DNA from: an uncultured virus (IMG/VR IMGVR_UViG_3300009155_000050) | Taxonomy: Duplodnaviria > Heunggongvirae > Uroviricota > Caudoviricetes | Virus record (IMG/VR): IMGVR_UViG_3300009155_000050 | Coordinates: 1 to 64,000 of that record | Strand: one strand, 5' to 3' | DNA length: 64,000 nucleotides | Shown: piece after piece, positions 17,871-27,173 of the stretch | Layout: each line of letters begins with the position of its first letter | Numbering within the stretch: the first letter of the stretch is position 1 | Notes under the pieces: generated by a model | Databases searched by the model: none | Seen by the model: only the letters and a program-made list of their open reading frames with translations | Told to the model about the DNA's origin: nothing | Program-made: the position numbers and the translations under genes

Positions 17871-18342
17871 TTTAACATTGCCTTTGCATGGTACCTTTGA
17901 TCATTCCGCATTTTTTGCAGCATATCATAGCCACCATTCGTGTTTGTCTAGCTTAATCTCAGTCATCTGCTTACCACATAAGGCTAAGATATGCCAGTTT
18001 CCAGAGATTGATGATTATAATCAATGCAATCGGTGCTGTAATGGTCATTGAAATCAGAATTTTAGCGATTTCATCACTATTGGGTTTAGTCATTCTTATG
18101 CTCCTAGGTTGTGTGGTTATTTATCGGGTGGTCTATGAGTTGTTGTATCATTTGTTCTGTTTGTTGGTGGTTTTCTATTGGCAGTTGGTTGCCGTTGATC
18201 TTTTGTGTGTGGGTTGGTGTTTTAATGGTTAGGGTGAAGTGGGATTTTGTGGTGTGTTGTGTGAAGTAGTAGACGTATGGTTTGGTTCCTCTGTATTGTT
18301 GGAGGATTTGGGTGATGTAGTTTATTGTTGGTGTGTGCATTG

Positions 18343-19548
18343 TTAGTTGATGTGGATGTTGTGTCCCCATGTTGGTCCTTTTTGGTTTGTGGTGATGATG
18401 ACTATTGATGGGTATGGTTTGGGTGGGGCCCAGTTGGTGTGTCCGTCTGTTAGGAGTATTTGTAGGTCTGCGATGAGGTTGTTGTTTTCGAGCCATTCGT
18501 ATGGTGTTGCCATGTCGGTTCCTCCTCTGCCGTTGATGTTTATTTTTTTCCAGTCTCCTCTTCGGTATTGGGTGTAGCCCTGGTATTGCATGTCCCATTG
18601 TAGGATGTGTGTTTTGGTTTTGCTTGATATTGTGTCGATTTCGGCGAAGAATGTGGCTAGGTCTTTTTGGTTTATGCTTCCGCTTGTGTCGATGATGATG
18701 TTGACTGTGGCGGCTGCGTGGTGGCTTGTGCCTTTGATGCCGAATTGGTCGGTTCGTCTGTTGCGGCGGCTGTGGGTGTATCGTTTGTTGCCTAGGTGTT
18801 GGCCTATGTAGCGGCGTAGGAGTTCGCGCCATCGTATTTTTGGTGTGGATAGTTCTTTTATTGCTTCTGTGAGGTGGCTTGGGTATTTGCCTTGGTTTCT
18901 GGTGATAGCTTGGTTTGTCATTTCTTTGATTATTTGTCTGGCTTCGTCTTCGCTTATGTCGCTTTGTTGCCAGATGTCGTGGTTGTCTAGTGTTTGGCCT
19001 TGGGTGCATGTGCATTTTGGGTGTTGGTCTTTGTTTTTGCCGTGTTTTTTGCAGTCTTGTGCTTGGTTGGTGAGTCGTTTGTAGTATTCTTCTGCGCTTG
19101 CGTCTTCTGGCCATCCTAGGGGGATCCATACGAGTTTGTCTTCGTGTGGGAGGGTTCGTCCGCCATATTCTCCTGATCCTAGGCTGGTTGTTGGGTAGCC
19201 GACTCGTGGGTTTCTTTTTACGCCGTTTACTGTCATGTCGGCGGCGATATTGTATTGCATTTGATGTAGGGTGGATCCTCTGAGGCAGTGGAGTCGTATG
19301 ACGTGTTCGATTTCGTGCATTATGACTCCGTAGCATTCTTCTATGGTTAGGTTGTCTATGAAATTGGGATAGTATACGATGTCGATGTTGCCGGTGGACA
19401 TCATGCGTACTGCTATGGTTTTAGCTTCCTCTTGCATGTTGGGGAAGTCGTATGGTTGGTATGTGAGTCCCATGGCGAATGAGCCGTAGAAGGGTTCTCT
19501 GGTGATGAGGCGGCATCGGGCGTTCATCAATTTTTCGTGTGCTTGCAT
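18343..19548 (-). CDS. DUF2201-type metallopeptidase + VWA domain protein
   Basis: HEIEH zincin motif, NIAADMTVN, MIDAS DTSGS, GRGGTDM, LLTDG. Confidence 0.85.
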   Translation of the reverse strand: MQAHEKLMNARCRLITREPFYGSFAMGLTYQPYDFPNMQEEAKTIAVRMMSTGNIDIVYYPNFIDNLTIEECYGVIMHEIEHVIRLHCLRGSTLHQMQYNIAADMTVNGVKRNPRVGYPTTSLGSGEYGGRTLPHEDKLVWIPLGWPEDASAEEYYKRLTNQAQDCKKHGKNKDQHPKCTCTQGQTLDNHDIWQQSDISEDEARQIIKEMTNQAITRNQGKYPSHLTEAIKELSTPKIRWRELLRRYIGQHLGNKRYTHSRRNRRTDQFGIKGTSHHAAATVNIIIDTSGSINQKDLATFFAEIDTISSKTKTHILQWDMQYQGYTQYRRGDWKKININGRGGTDMATPYEWLENNNLIADLQILLTDGHTNWAPPKPYPSIVIITTNQKGPTWGHNIHIN

Positions 19549-19566
19549 GTTGTGCTCCTTTGTTTA

Positions 19567-19914
19567 TTACCATGTGAGGGCGGTAATGCTTGCGTTAGCG
19601 TTAATGTGGGTTGGGGTGCCGTTTCCTTGGATTTCAAGGGTTTTTATGCATCCTGTGGTGAGGAGGATGAGTAGGATACTTGTGTTTTTTACAAAGGTAA
19701 GTAGCGTTGCGATACCGGGGATTATGGTGTCGCTTACTACGTCTTTTTGGCCGCTTTTGAGTGTTGCTTGTAGCCATTCCATTGCCATCCAGGCTGCGTT
19801 GAGTTCTTGGATGGCTAGGTAGGTGCTCATCGTTTTATCGATGTGGTCTATGTAGTTTACCGTGATGATTGTAGCGCAGGTGACTGCTCTAGCTATGAAT
19901 ATTGTCTCTTTCAT
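19567..19914 (-). CDS. hypothetical protein
   Basis: AAGGA RBS. Confidence 0.45.
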   Translation of the reverse strand: MKETIFIARAVTCATIITVNYIDHIDKTMSTYLAIQELNAAWMAMEWLQATLKSGQKDVVSDTIIPGIATLLTFVKNTSILLILLTTGCIKTLEIQGNGTPTHINANASITALTW

Positions 19915-20014
19915 TGTGTAACGTCCTTGTTAGTAAGTATGTCTTGTAAGATGCAGATTGCTAGCACTGTCCAAAATACCATTGTATCCTCCTGATACGT
20001 TTGGTTCTTTAGCT

Positions 20015-21337
20015 CTAGTTGGCAGAGCCCCATGCGGCTTCCGACACCATTTTTTGCAGTTCTGGTCTGTCGTGTAAATGATTCAGGAATGTGGGCTTGG
20101 TTTTGGTGGCTTCTGCGAACATTTTGGCTAGTTTTATGTTGGTGAGTGCGGCGGTAGCTAGATTGCTTTTGCTATCTCCGTTGTTGTTGCTTGACCTGAC
20201 GCAAGATCTGAGGAACGCTACCACTAGGTCTTGGTCTTTGGCGTTCTTTAACAGATGCTCGGCGTAGTCGAGGCATATTGTGGCGGTTGCTTTTTTATCG
20301 ATGTCGTCCTTTGCGGCGTTGCTTAGACCCCACATGAGCCCGACGCTTTGGTTTCGAGTTAGCGACGATAGGGTCTTGGCGTGAGCTTTAATGCCGTCTT
20401 TCAGCAGTTGCGTCGGCTTTAGTGGGCAATTGTATCTGGTGTACGATATTGCTATTTCTCTACCTATAAGACCAGATATAACTTCCAGCTTGGTAACATC
20501 GGTGTACGTTTCTTTGGAGCAGACCAGTTCGATTTTTTGGACCATCTCCCAAGTTCTACGACTTGGCTGGATGCTGAAACCCAGATCTTTTGCTCCAAGG
20601 TCGCCATCTAGGTATTTGATGTCATTTGCCGTGAAGTCGACGATAGATTGGCAGCTTGATCCGTACTTTGACATCATAAATTCGATCCATTCGTCGTAGG
20701 TACTTTGACCTCCTGATAATATTAAGTGGCAGAAGCGATTGACGAAAGCTGGGTCGCTGAATCCCGACACTTGATAACCTTCCATGAAGTTACCTGCGCA
20801 GACGATACTCCAACCATCCGGTAAGATATACTGGCCGATCCTACGGTCTAGGACTAATTGAAATATAGCTTGGGTTACGTCGTCTTGTGCTCGGTTTACT
20901 TCGTCTAGGAAGAGAATGCCTTTATTACGTCGATATGCTAGTCTATCTGTCGCTGCTTGTCGTTCGAATGCTTGCATATCTGCCAATTGTTCGTCGCTAA
21001 TTTTGGTGCCTTCGGGAAACGCTTCGATGCGTTTAGTAATCATGTCGTGGCTGGTGGTAGTTACTAGCAATTGGAATTGTTCTTCGTCGAGATCGCCTGT
21101 GGGCAGGTCTGCTGGCGGCCGGTATACCGTTCTACCGTCTTCTTTGTCCGGTAGTCCTCGGAGATCACTTGCTTCGATTTGCGAAGCTCTAAAATCGATA
21201 AAGCCCATTTTGCCAGTTTCACACATTTGCTTAACAAGGCTCGACTTTCCGAGTCCTCTATCTCCCCAAATGAAGGCGGTTATTTTCGCCTTGGCACACA
21301 GGGTCACAGCTTCTTTAATCGTCGCTATCGTAGCCAT
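20015..21337 (-). CDS. MoxR-like AAA+ ATPase
   Basis: Walker A GDRGLGKS, Walker B ILFLDEVNRA, CAGN sensor, NRF; adjacent to the DUF2201/VWA partner. Confidence 0.88.
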   Translation of the reverse strand: MATIATIKEAVTLCAKAKITAFIWGDRGLGKSSLVKQMCETGKMGFIDFRASQIEASDLRGLPDKEDGRTVYRPPADLPTGDLDEEQFQLLVTTTSHDMITKRIEAFPEGTKISDEQLADMQAFERQAATDRLAYRRNKGILFLDEVNRAQDDVTQAIFQLVLDRRIGQYILPDGWSIVCAGNFMEGYQVSGFSDPAFVNRFCHLILSGGQSTYDEWIEFMMSKYGSSCQSIVDFTANDIKYLDGDLGAKDLGFSIQPSRRTWEMVQKIELVCSKETYTDVTKLEVISGLIGREIAISYTRYNCPLKPTQLLKDGIKAHAKTLSSLTRNQSVGLMWGLSNAAKDDIDKKATATICLDYAEHLLKNAKDQDLVVAFLRSCVRSSNNNGDSKSNLATAALTNIKLAKMFAEATKTKPTFLNHLHDRPELQKMVSEAAWGSAN

Positions 21338-21472
21338 CGTCTTATCTCCTTTGAATGTTATCGTCCTCGGCAGTGTAACAGATTGCAAGCTGCTGGGAAA
21401 TGGTATTGCTACGAACCATAAATACTGCCACGGGTTATCGGTTCAATTCACTTTAATTCTTGGAGGGCTGAG

Positions 21473-21739
21473 ATGAATTTACGAGTTAAGATTCTTGCAA
21501 AGTTAACTGATGGCAGTTTCACAGCTACTGATTTGGCGCGATCACTGAGATCGGTGTCGGTACCGACGTACCTATGGCGTTTGCGTCGTGATGGTCTGGT
21601 CTCGGTTATAAAACCTCATCTGCCTGCTGGTGGAATTCGCAAGGTGCTGGAGCGAAATGGCATTTCTCAACGATATGTGATTACTGCCAAAGGTAGTAAG
21701 TGGCTACTAGGCAGTCTTATTAAGCACGTTGGGAGTTAG
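21473..21739 (+). CDS. winged-helix DNA-binding protein
   Basis: TATDLARSL...YLWRLRRDGLV...YVITAKG pattern. Confidence 0.6.
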   Translation: MNLRVKILAKLTDGSFTATDLARSLRSVSVPTYLWRLRRDGLVSVIKPHLPAGGIRKVLERNGISQRYVITAKGSKWLLGSLIKHVGS

Positions 21740-21741
21740 GT

Positions 21742-22038
21742 ATGAGTTGGCAAAGCGTTAATGATAGGCGTGGCAATCCTGGTTCTTATGAGCAGCTTGA
21801 AGCTGCAGGCACACGCCTATTTATGGTAGGAAGTCTTGTTACTGTATGGTTCTATGGGTCGGCTTTAGTGATAGCGCTTGTTGCTTGCGCTTGCGCTGCG
21901 GCTCTGGCGCCATTCGTCTGGATCGTGTACGCTATCGCTCACTTCGGATTGGCTAAGGCGTTTTTCATGCTCTTGGGTGTTTTGGCGGTAGGTTGGTTGT
22001 TATGTCGGTTTGCATACTGGGTTATAAGGGGAAGTTGA
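21742..22038 (+). CDS. membrane protein
   Basis: Two to three hydrophobic segments. Confidence 0.6.
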   Translation: MSWQSVNDRRGNPGSYEQLEAAGTRLFMVGSLVTVWFYGSALVIALVACACAAALAPFVWIVYAIAHFGLAKAFFMLLGVLAVGWLLCRFAYWVIRGS

Positions 22039-22074
22039 TCTCATCTGTATTGGTGGTATAATAGGAGGTGCGCT

Positions 22075-22266
22075 ATGCCTGTTTTATCCGCTGATCAGAC
22101 TACTACCATGTTGATTATAGTGTTTACGACCTTGTTCGTGCATTCATTAGGGTTATTGACTGGATTGCTGGTTAGGTCGCCTAGGCAGGCTAAGCCTGTT
22201 TTGGTTGCTAAACCTACTGCCAAACCTACGATTGTTATGCAGAAGGCTAAGGCTAATGAAAAGTGA
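22075..22266 (+). CDS. small membrane protein
   Basis: AGGAGG RBS; one hydrophobic segment. Confidence 0.55.
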   Translation: MPVLSADQTTTMLIIVFTTLFVHSLGLLTGLLVRSPRQAKPVLVAKPTAKPTIVMQKAKANEK

Positions 22267-22269
22267 GAT

Positions 22270-22524
22270 ATGATGATTGTCGATGATGTTACTTGTAAGT
22301 GTGCTGATTTCATTACTGGAATACTTGGAGAATTGCGGCCCGATGAAGTCTGGCATGTTCGTATTGGCAGTGATGCCTTTCAGTGTATGCGTTTTGATTA
22401 CTCGTCATCAGTTTTTAGTATCGAAGAATTCAAAGTGCTGCAGGCGGAGCTCTCTGATCCCGATCTTTATCAACTGATTAAGACTAGACTAGTGGATGCC
22501 CAATTGATCAGGAAGCCCAATTGA
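22270..22524 (+). CDS. hypothetical protein
   Basis: ORF in operon. Confidence 0.5.
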   Translation: MMIVDDVTCKCADFITGILGELRPDEVWHVRIGSDAFQCMRFDYSSSVFSIEEFKVLQAELSDPDLYQLIKTRLVDAQLIRKPN

Positions 22525-22610
22525 TCAAAAGCGATATCAACTAGTCTAGTCTAACGCTAGGATCAAGGTTTCGTGCCTTCGTTTAATAAATTTTTACAGA
22601 TTGGCTATTT

Positions 22611-23714
22611 ATGAATTGCTTAGCGACAGTACTCAGACCGCAAACGTTATCTGCGGTCTTAGGCCAGGATCATCTTGTAGGGCCCGGCATGATCTTTAGC
22701 AAGATGGCCGAGGGCAAACGTCTGCAGCACGTGCTGCTTTGGGGTCCTCCTGGTACCGGTAAAACGAGCATAGCGTTTGCGTTGGCTAACGACACGGACT
22801 GCGCTTTTGCTAAGATGAATGCGACTGCGGACGGCACAAAGGAGCTTAAGGCTGTCTTAAAGCAAGCCGCAGCTTCCGAGAAGCGCACGATCGTTTTAGT
22901 GGATGAAATCCATCGCTGGTCTAAGAACGTTCAGGATATCCTGCTGCCAGCGATTGAAAATAACGAGGTGACGCTGATCGGCCTGACTGTCGAATCCGCA
23001 CGATTTGCTGTGAATAAGGCGTTGCTTTCTCGCTGTCTGGTGCAGGAGACGAAGCCTTTAGATAACGCAGCATTGGTTAAGTTAATCCATCGAGTTAAGG
23101 ATTACTACAAGTCTAGCGGGAAAGCAGTCAAGATAGAAGTAGATGCAGCTAAGTCTTTAATTAATCGTTGCAGTGGGGATGCGCGGAAGTTGGTTTTGGT
23201 GTTAGAGACTCTGGTCGAGATCCTCTGCGAGGACGGCCATATCACTTGTGCGGCATTAGACGTAGCGATGCCACATAAGAATTTATGCTTCGATTCTAGT
23301 GGCAATGATCATTTTGATTTGGCCCACTGTTACCAGGAGAGTATTCAGCATAGTGATGTGGATGCTGCAATTTATTGGTTAGCTAAGTGGCTTTCTAGTG
23401 GTGAGGATCCGGCTTATATTTGTCGTAGGATGTTAATTACTGCTTTTGAGGATTGCGCTAGTAATCCTCATGCCGTTACAACGGCTATGGCTGCTTGCTA
23501 TACTACCGAAAAGACCGGTATGCCAGAGTGCATGATTCCGATGGCTTTGGCTACTGTTGAGATGGCACGGTCTGAACGTGATAAGACTGCGTTTAATGCA
23601 ATTCACGCAGCGATGAGAGATGTGGAGAATAACGCGACTATTCATGTGCCGCCGATTTTAAGGGCTGGTATGGGTCATCAGTATGTTCATGCTATCACAA
23701 AGAAGTACGTCTAA
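22611..23714 (+). CDS. rarA: replication-associated recombination protein A (MgsA/RarA), C-terminally shortened
   Basis: LRPQTL..VLGQDHL, LWGPPGTGKT, VDEIHRW, ALLSRC, GDAR, SDVDAAIYWL, GEDP...RR...A.ED. Confidence 0.92.
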   Translation: MNCLATVLRPQTLSAVLGQDHLVGPGMIFSKMAEGKRLQHVLLWGPPGTGKTSIAFALANDTDCAFAKMNATADGTKELKAVLKQAAASEKRTIVLVDEIHRWSKNVQDILLPAIENNEVTLIGLTVESARFAVNKALLSRCLVQETKPLDNAALVKLIHRVKDYYKSSGKAVKIEVDAAKSLINRCSGDARKLVLVLETLVEILCEDGHITCAALDVAMPHKNLCFDSSGNDHFDLAHCYQESIQHSDVDAAIYWLAKWLSSGEDPAYICRRMLITAFEDCASNPHAVTTAMAACYTTEKTGMPECMIPMALATVEMARSERDKTAFNAIHAAMRDVENNATIHVPPILRAGMGHQYVHAITKKYV

Positions 23715-23722
23715 GCACTTCT

Positions 23723-24154
23723 CTACATTTCCAAATATTCGTCGAATTGGTTAGGATCTGAATAAACTTGATTTATGCTCACGTCGTGTGGTTTTAACGT
23801 TATGTTGGGAATTTTGCTCCAAGTATATGCACTGCCTCTCTCATAGACATGTGGAGGGATATTGATCTCGTAAACGCCTTCTGCGAACTTGGCAATCACA
23901 TAGACGTGGACATCGCCGATCATTTGCGAGTAAGCCACCGCCTCGATATTATGAGCATTTAGCACCGCAGCCATTGCGTCGGCTATGTCGTGGCAGATAC
24001 CACCTTCTCCGTATTCATGATCGTAGCCATCTTCGTTTTGCTCCCACTGGTCGTACACGGCTTGCGCGGCGCTTAGTAGTGAAGACATCACAGTATTAAC
24101 GCTACTAATAGAAGGGAGTGATTCCGTCTGTTCAATTATAAGTTTAAGTTTCAT
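23723..24154 (-). CDS. putative head-packaged papain/transglutaminase-like protein
   Basis: MKLKLIIE N-terminus; GGICHDIADAM...HVYV Cys-His pattern; AAATCTA-N4-ATG. Confidence 0.5.
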   Translation of the reverse strand: MKLKLIIEQTESLPSISSVNTVMSSLLSAAQAVYDQWEQNEDGYDHEYGEGGICHDIADAMAAVLNAHNIEAVAYSQMIGDVHVYVIAKFAEGVYEINIPPHVYERGSAYTWSKIPNITLKPHDVSINQVYSDPNQFDEYLEM

Positions 24155-24196
24155 AAGATAGATTTGGCGGCAGGTGTGGTCCATTTAAACAATTGG

Positions 24197-24733
24197 CTAA
24201 TTGAATTGATATAGTCTTAAATGGTACACATCTTTAGACTCGTGGATGACATGAATGCAATTGATCTTATCGGAGATTAATTTGGCCACTAATTTACTAG
24301 AATCTTCGAAAACTAGTGGCTTATTATAATGTTTAATAATGTTCATCTTCATTAAAGCATCACTATGACCTAGCCCTATGAATTCAGTGTCTTTTCCTAG
24401 ACGCTTTCGAATGTCGTCTGCCGCTTTATGCGGTCTGGCACTTAGGATGAGCTTGTTGTTGATTTGCTCGTAGAAGTCAAGTACGTCTTGTATTGGTGTT
24501 GCCTTGGTGAAGTCCACCGATCTAAAGTTAATAAAACTATTGTCATCAAATGACTCATCGGGTGCCATGACATAATTTGCGAATTGCGGCGATGTCACTT
24601 CGCAATAGGTCTTATCACCCAACCGCCGAGTGCCACGTGGACTACTGATCAGTACTGTTTCGACGGTCTTGAATAACGTATAATCGAAATCGAAGATATA
24701 TTTATCTGCGTCTGGTAATTTAAGCTTTGCCAT
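24197..24733 (-). CDS. HAD-superfamily hydrolase
   Basis: IFDFDYTLF motif I, ILSAR motif II, K, FEDS motif IV. Confidence 0.75.
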   Translation of the reverse strand: MAKLKLPDADKYIFDFDYTLFKTVETVLISSPRGTRRLGDKTYCEVTSPQFANYVMAPDESFDDNSFINFRSVDFTKATPIQDVLDFYEQINNKLILSARPHKAADDIRKRLGKDTEFIGLGHSDALMKMNIIKHYNKPLVFEDSSKLVAKLISDKINCIHVIHESKDVYHLRLYQFN

Positions 24734-25306
24734 GATAGCGACCTGGCTGGAATGACTACTACCTACAGGCGACAGTTATTGCACTTGATCAAGCCCTCGG
24801 TGGAACTGTGCGCTCCCAGAAACCTCCGTAAAACCTCCCGGACAAAAGGATCCGTGCAGATGGCCTTGTACGCCACAATGTCGGCCCTCTCCCTTTCTAA
24901 GGCTGTCAATGTGCGCTCTGCCAAGGGAAAGGTGAGCCGTGCCGCTCCCTCCCTTGGGTGGGTTGATTGTTTCCCTTGGCCCCAAGGTCTCGCCACGAAC
25001 GCCTTGCCCGGGCTCGACACATTTGGGCATGGGTGGGTATTTGCGGGGCGGCTGGGGCGGCTTGGTGTTATAATACACAACCAATAGGTCTATCAGCCAT
25101 CTCCAAAAAGTTATTATCATCGTTTCCCCTCTCTAAAAGTAAAGTTCTTGAGGTGTTGGCTCACGAAACCTTTCGATCAGCAGGCCATCCACTGACACAT
25201 TTTATTAATACTTCTTCTTCATTACCGGACACTGGTCTAATGCACCAGTTGCAAAATGATCGTTCGCTGCATCTTTAAACCTGATGGGGCTAATAATAGG
25301 GACCAA

Positions 25307-26107
25307 TTAAACGGACGTGCTTTTGCTTTTAGCCCTGAATAATGATTTTAAAGCTGCCTTGTCAGTAGACGTAATCCAAGCGCCGACCTGGTTAGATTTT
25401 ATAGCATCATATTTTCTTTGATTATCGCAGTATGCTTCGGCGTAACCCAATAAAGTAACGCTGCCATCTTCGATAGGATGATACTTGACTAAGCAATACC
25501 CTTCAAATGCTTGATATATCATCCCTCTGACCTTAGTTTGAATTTTAGGGTTAGTATCGTATATGACTTGTCCCAGATTACTTGAATGACGAGACATCAA
25601 TCGATCAAATTGCTGTATTGACTCCGGCGTAAACAGATCGGTGGCGTTAAGCCGCTCCAATTGCGAACTGATACTGTAATCTGTGCCCAGAATTTTCTTT
25701 GCGACGCCCAGAGGAGTTATCAAGTATTTGTCAAGGCCAGTCACTTTGAGTTTCAATATCATGGATCCATATGTTCTGTCCATCATAGACTCGAATTGAT
25801 CATCGATGAATAAGGTAGCGTATAACCCTGCACCAAAACCTGTGCCGCCGCCTGTATCCCATGATTTCGATAATATAGCTTCGAGATTTTCAGGTTTGGT
25901 TCTATGGTAAACTACTGCTGTCCTATTAGGATAAATGTCTTCATTTAATGAATTCTTAGACTTTCGTCCCCAATTAATAAACTTATCTCGATCCTTAGGA
26001 TGCACAAGGAGAGACATCCTCCCTTTTTTCTGCTTGGTAATACAATTGGGATAATTACCGGGAGCGATTTCCCAGTGACCTGCTTCAAGAATGTATTGTA
26101 GCTTCAT
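25307..26107 (-). CDS. putative head-packaged ADP-ribosyltransferase-fold protein
   Basis: MKLQYILE N-terminus; VYHRT...IL...GGGTGFGAGLYAT...YG H-Y type ART signature. Confidence 0.6.
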   Translation of the reverse strand: MKLQYILEAGHWEIAPGNYPNCITKQKKGRMSLLVHPKDRDKFINWGRKSKNSLNEDIYPNRTAVVYHRTKPENLEAILSKSWDTGGGTGFGAGLYATLFIDDQFESMMDRTYGSMILKLKVTGLDKYLITPLGVAKKILGTDYSISSQLERLNATDLFTPESIQQFDRLMSRHSSNLGQVIYDTNPKIQTKVRGMIYQAFEGYCLVKYHPIEDGSVTLLGYAEAYCDNQRKYDAIKSNQVGAWITSTDKAALKSLFRAKSKSTSV

Positions 26108-26199
26108 ACAGTAGATTTTTCTTGTGGCTTAACAATGTCACAGGTCACTGTAAGGAACTGACCCACATGGAAGTGTTAACTTTAACAAGGGTATGAGAA

Positions 26200-26487
26200 A
26201 TGCGAATGTTAGCTGGTTTAGCCTTGTGTTCTTTGGTTGGTTGCATTAACAAATATAACAATCCACCGCGGGTTTGGGATAGTAGCATGGGCCCACCACC
26301 TCCTGGGGCGATCATTCCGACGCCTAATTTTCCTCCTGTGTACCCTGCGGCGCCGGTTCCCGCCGCACCAGCGGAGACAGTTCCGCCACCGGTTTTTAGC
26401 CAGCCACAGGCACCGTCACTTGGTACTCCGTCACCATTGCCTACGGTGAAGCCGACTGGCGCAAGTCCAGCACCACGTGGCACTTAG
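26200..26487 (+). CDS. proline-rich lipoprotein
   Basis: Signal peptide with lipobox LVGC, then a Pro-rich tail; GATTT-N17-TGTCACAGG at 26114-26144. Confidence 0.65.
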   Translation: MRMLAGLALCSLVGCINKYNNPPRVWDSSMGPPPPGAIIPTPNFPPVYPAAPVPAAPAETVPPPVFSQPQAPSLGTPSPLPTVKPTGASPAPRGT

Positions 26488-26534
26488 GATATATAAGTTG
26501 TGCGTCGAGTCTAACCGATTCGGCGCACATATAA

Positions 26535-26795
26535 TTGGAGCTATTAGTGGCTAACTATATCGATCATTACTGGATAGGTAATCAAGTTGCTTTAAGCGAC
26601 ACCCCATACTATGTCACGCTTGGGCCACATAGCCTAAAGAAAGTGGACGTTAGTCAGCTGGATTCTTTGAAGGAGGATGCAAGATGCTTGCAAGTTAAAT
26701 ATCCGAGTTTAAAAGTTGTAATTGTTCACGAGGTCAAGCAATTTAAGTCTAAGCCGTCTAAGCTGGACGGTAAGACGAGCGTCCCGATAGTCTAA
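26535..26795 (+). CDS. hypothetical protein
   Basis: ORF. Confidence 0.5.
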   Translation: MELLVANYIDHYWIGNQVALSDTPYYVTLGPHSLKKVDVSQLDSLKEDARCLQVKYPSLKVVIVHEVKQFKSKPSKLDGKTSVPIV

Positions 26796-26808
26796 ATGGA
26801 GCAGTAAC

Positions 26809-27141
26809 TTGAAATTAAGGAATATCTTGTTAATTAGTGTTATTTTCACATTGTGCGCCGACAGTATACAGGCTCGGCCACGGTTGTTACGTCATCGCGC
26901 CGTCAGCACTGCTGATGAAGGTGGCGATAACTCAACCGCTCAAGGTGTCGCTCTGATGCAAGCAGCTCGGTGCCGCCTGGGGCATTGTGGCGGGTTTGCT
27001 GGATTCGAAGGGGTGGGTCGTGGAAATACCTCGGATGAGGCGGTTTCTAACTGCTGCTACTGGGGGAAACGTGTTCCTGCTGAGATAGGTGTAGCGGTGG
27101 GATCAGATGGCAAGTTTTATGCTTGCGTGCGGTATCAGTAA
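26809..27141 (+). CDS. secreted Cys-rich protein, degenerate CAP-like
   Basis: Signal peptide; GH..G..EGVG...CCYW...EIGVA...YACVRY. Confidence 0.6.
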   Translation: MKLRNILLISVIFTLCADSIQARPRLLRHRAVSTADEGGDNSTAQGVALMQAARCRLGHCGGFAGFEGVGRGNTSDEAVSNCCYWGKRVPAEIGVAVGSDGKFYACVRYQ

Positions 27142-27149
27142 GAATAAGA

Positions 27150-27169
27150 GGGGGGCTACCTAGCCCCCC
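27150..27169. terminator. bidirectional hairpin between convergent genes
   Basis: GGGGGGCTA-cc-TAGCCCCCC. Confidence 0.65.
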
Positions 27170-27173
27170 ATTT

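Noticed and set aside
18104..19336. 410-aa R/H/P/Q/T-rich ORF overlapping the DUF2201/VWA gene
   Set aside because: Alternative-frame artefact: the minus strand is depleted of T here, so stop codons are rare. The same applies to other shadow ORFs in the skewed zone, such as 13440-13739, 10925-11572 and 7465-7956.
24752..25120. Three overlapping ORFs in a GC-richer patch
   Set aside because: I could not decide which frame, if any, is coding; there are no recognisable motifs.
25120..25300. Hammerhead-like ribozyme (CTGATCGAAAG on the minus strand)
   Set aside because: The core does not fit CUGAnGA...GAAA with the required three stems.
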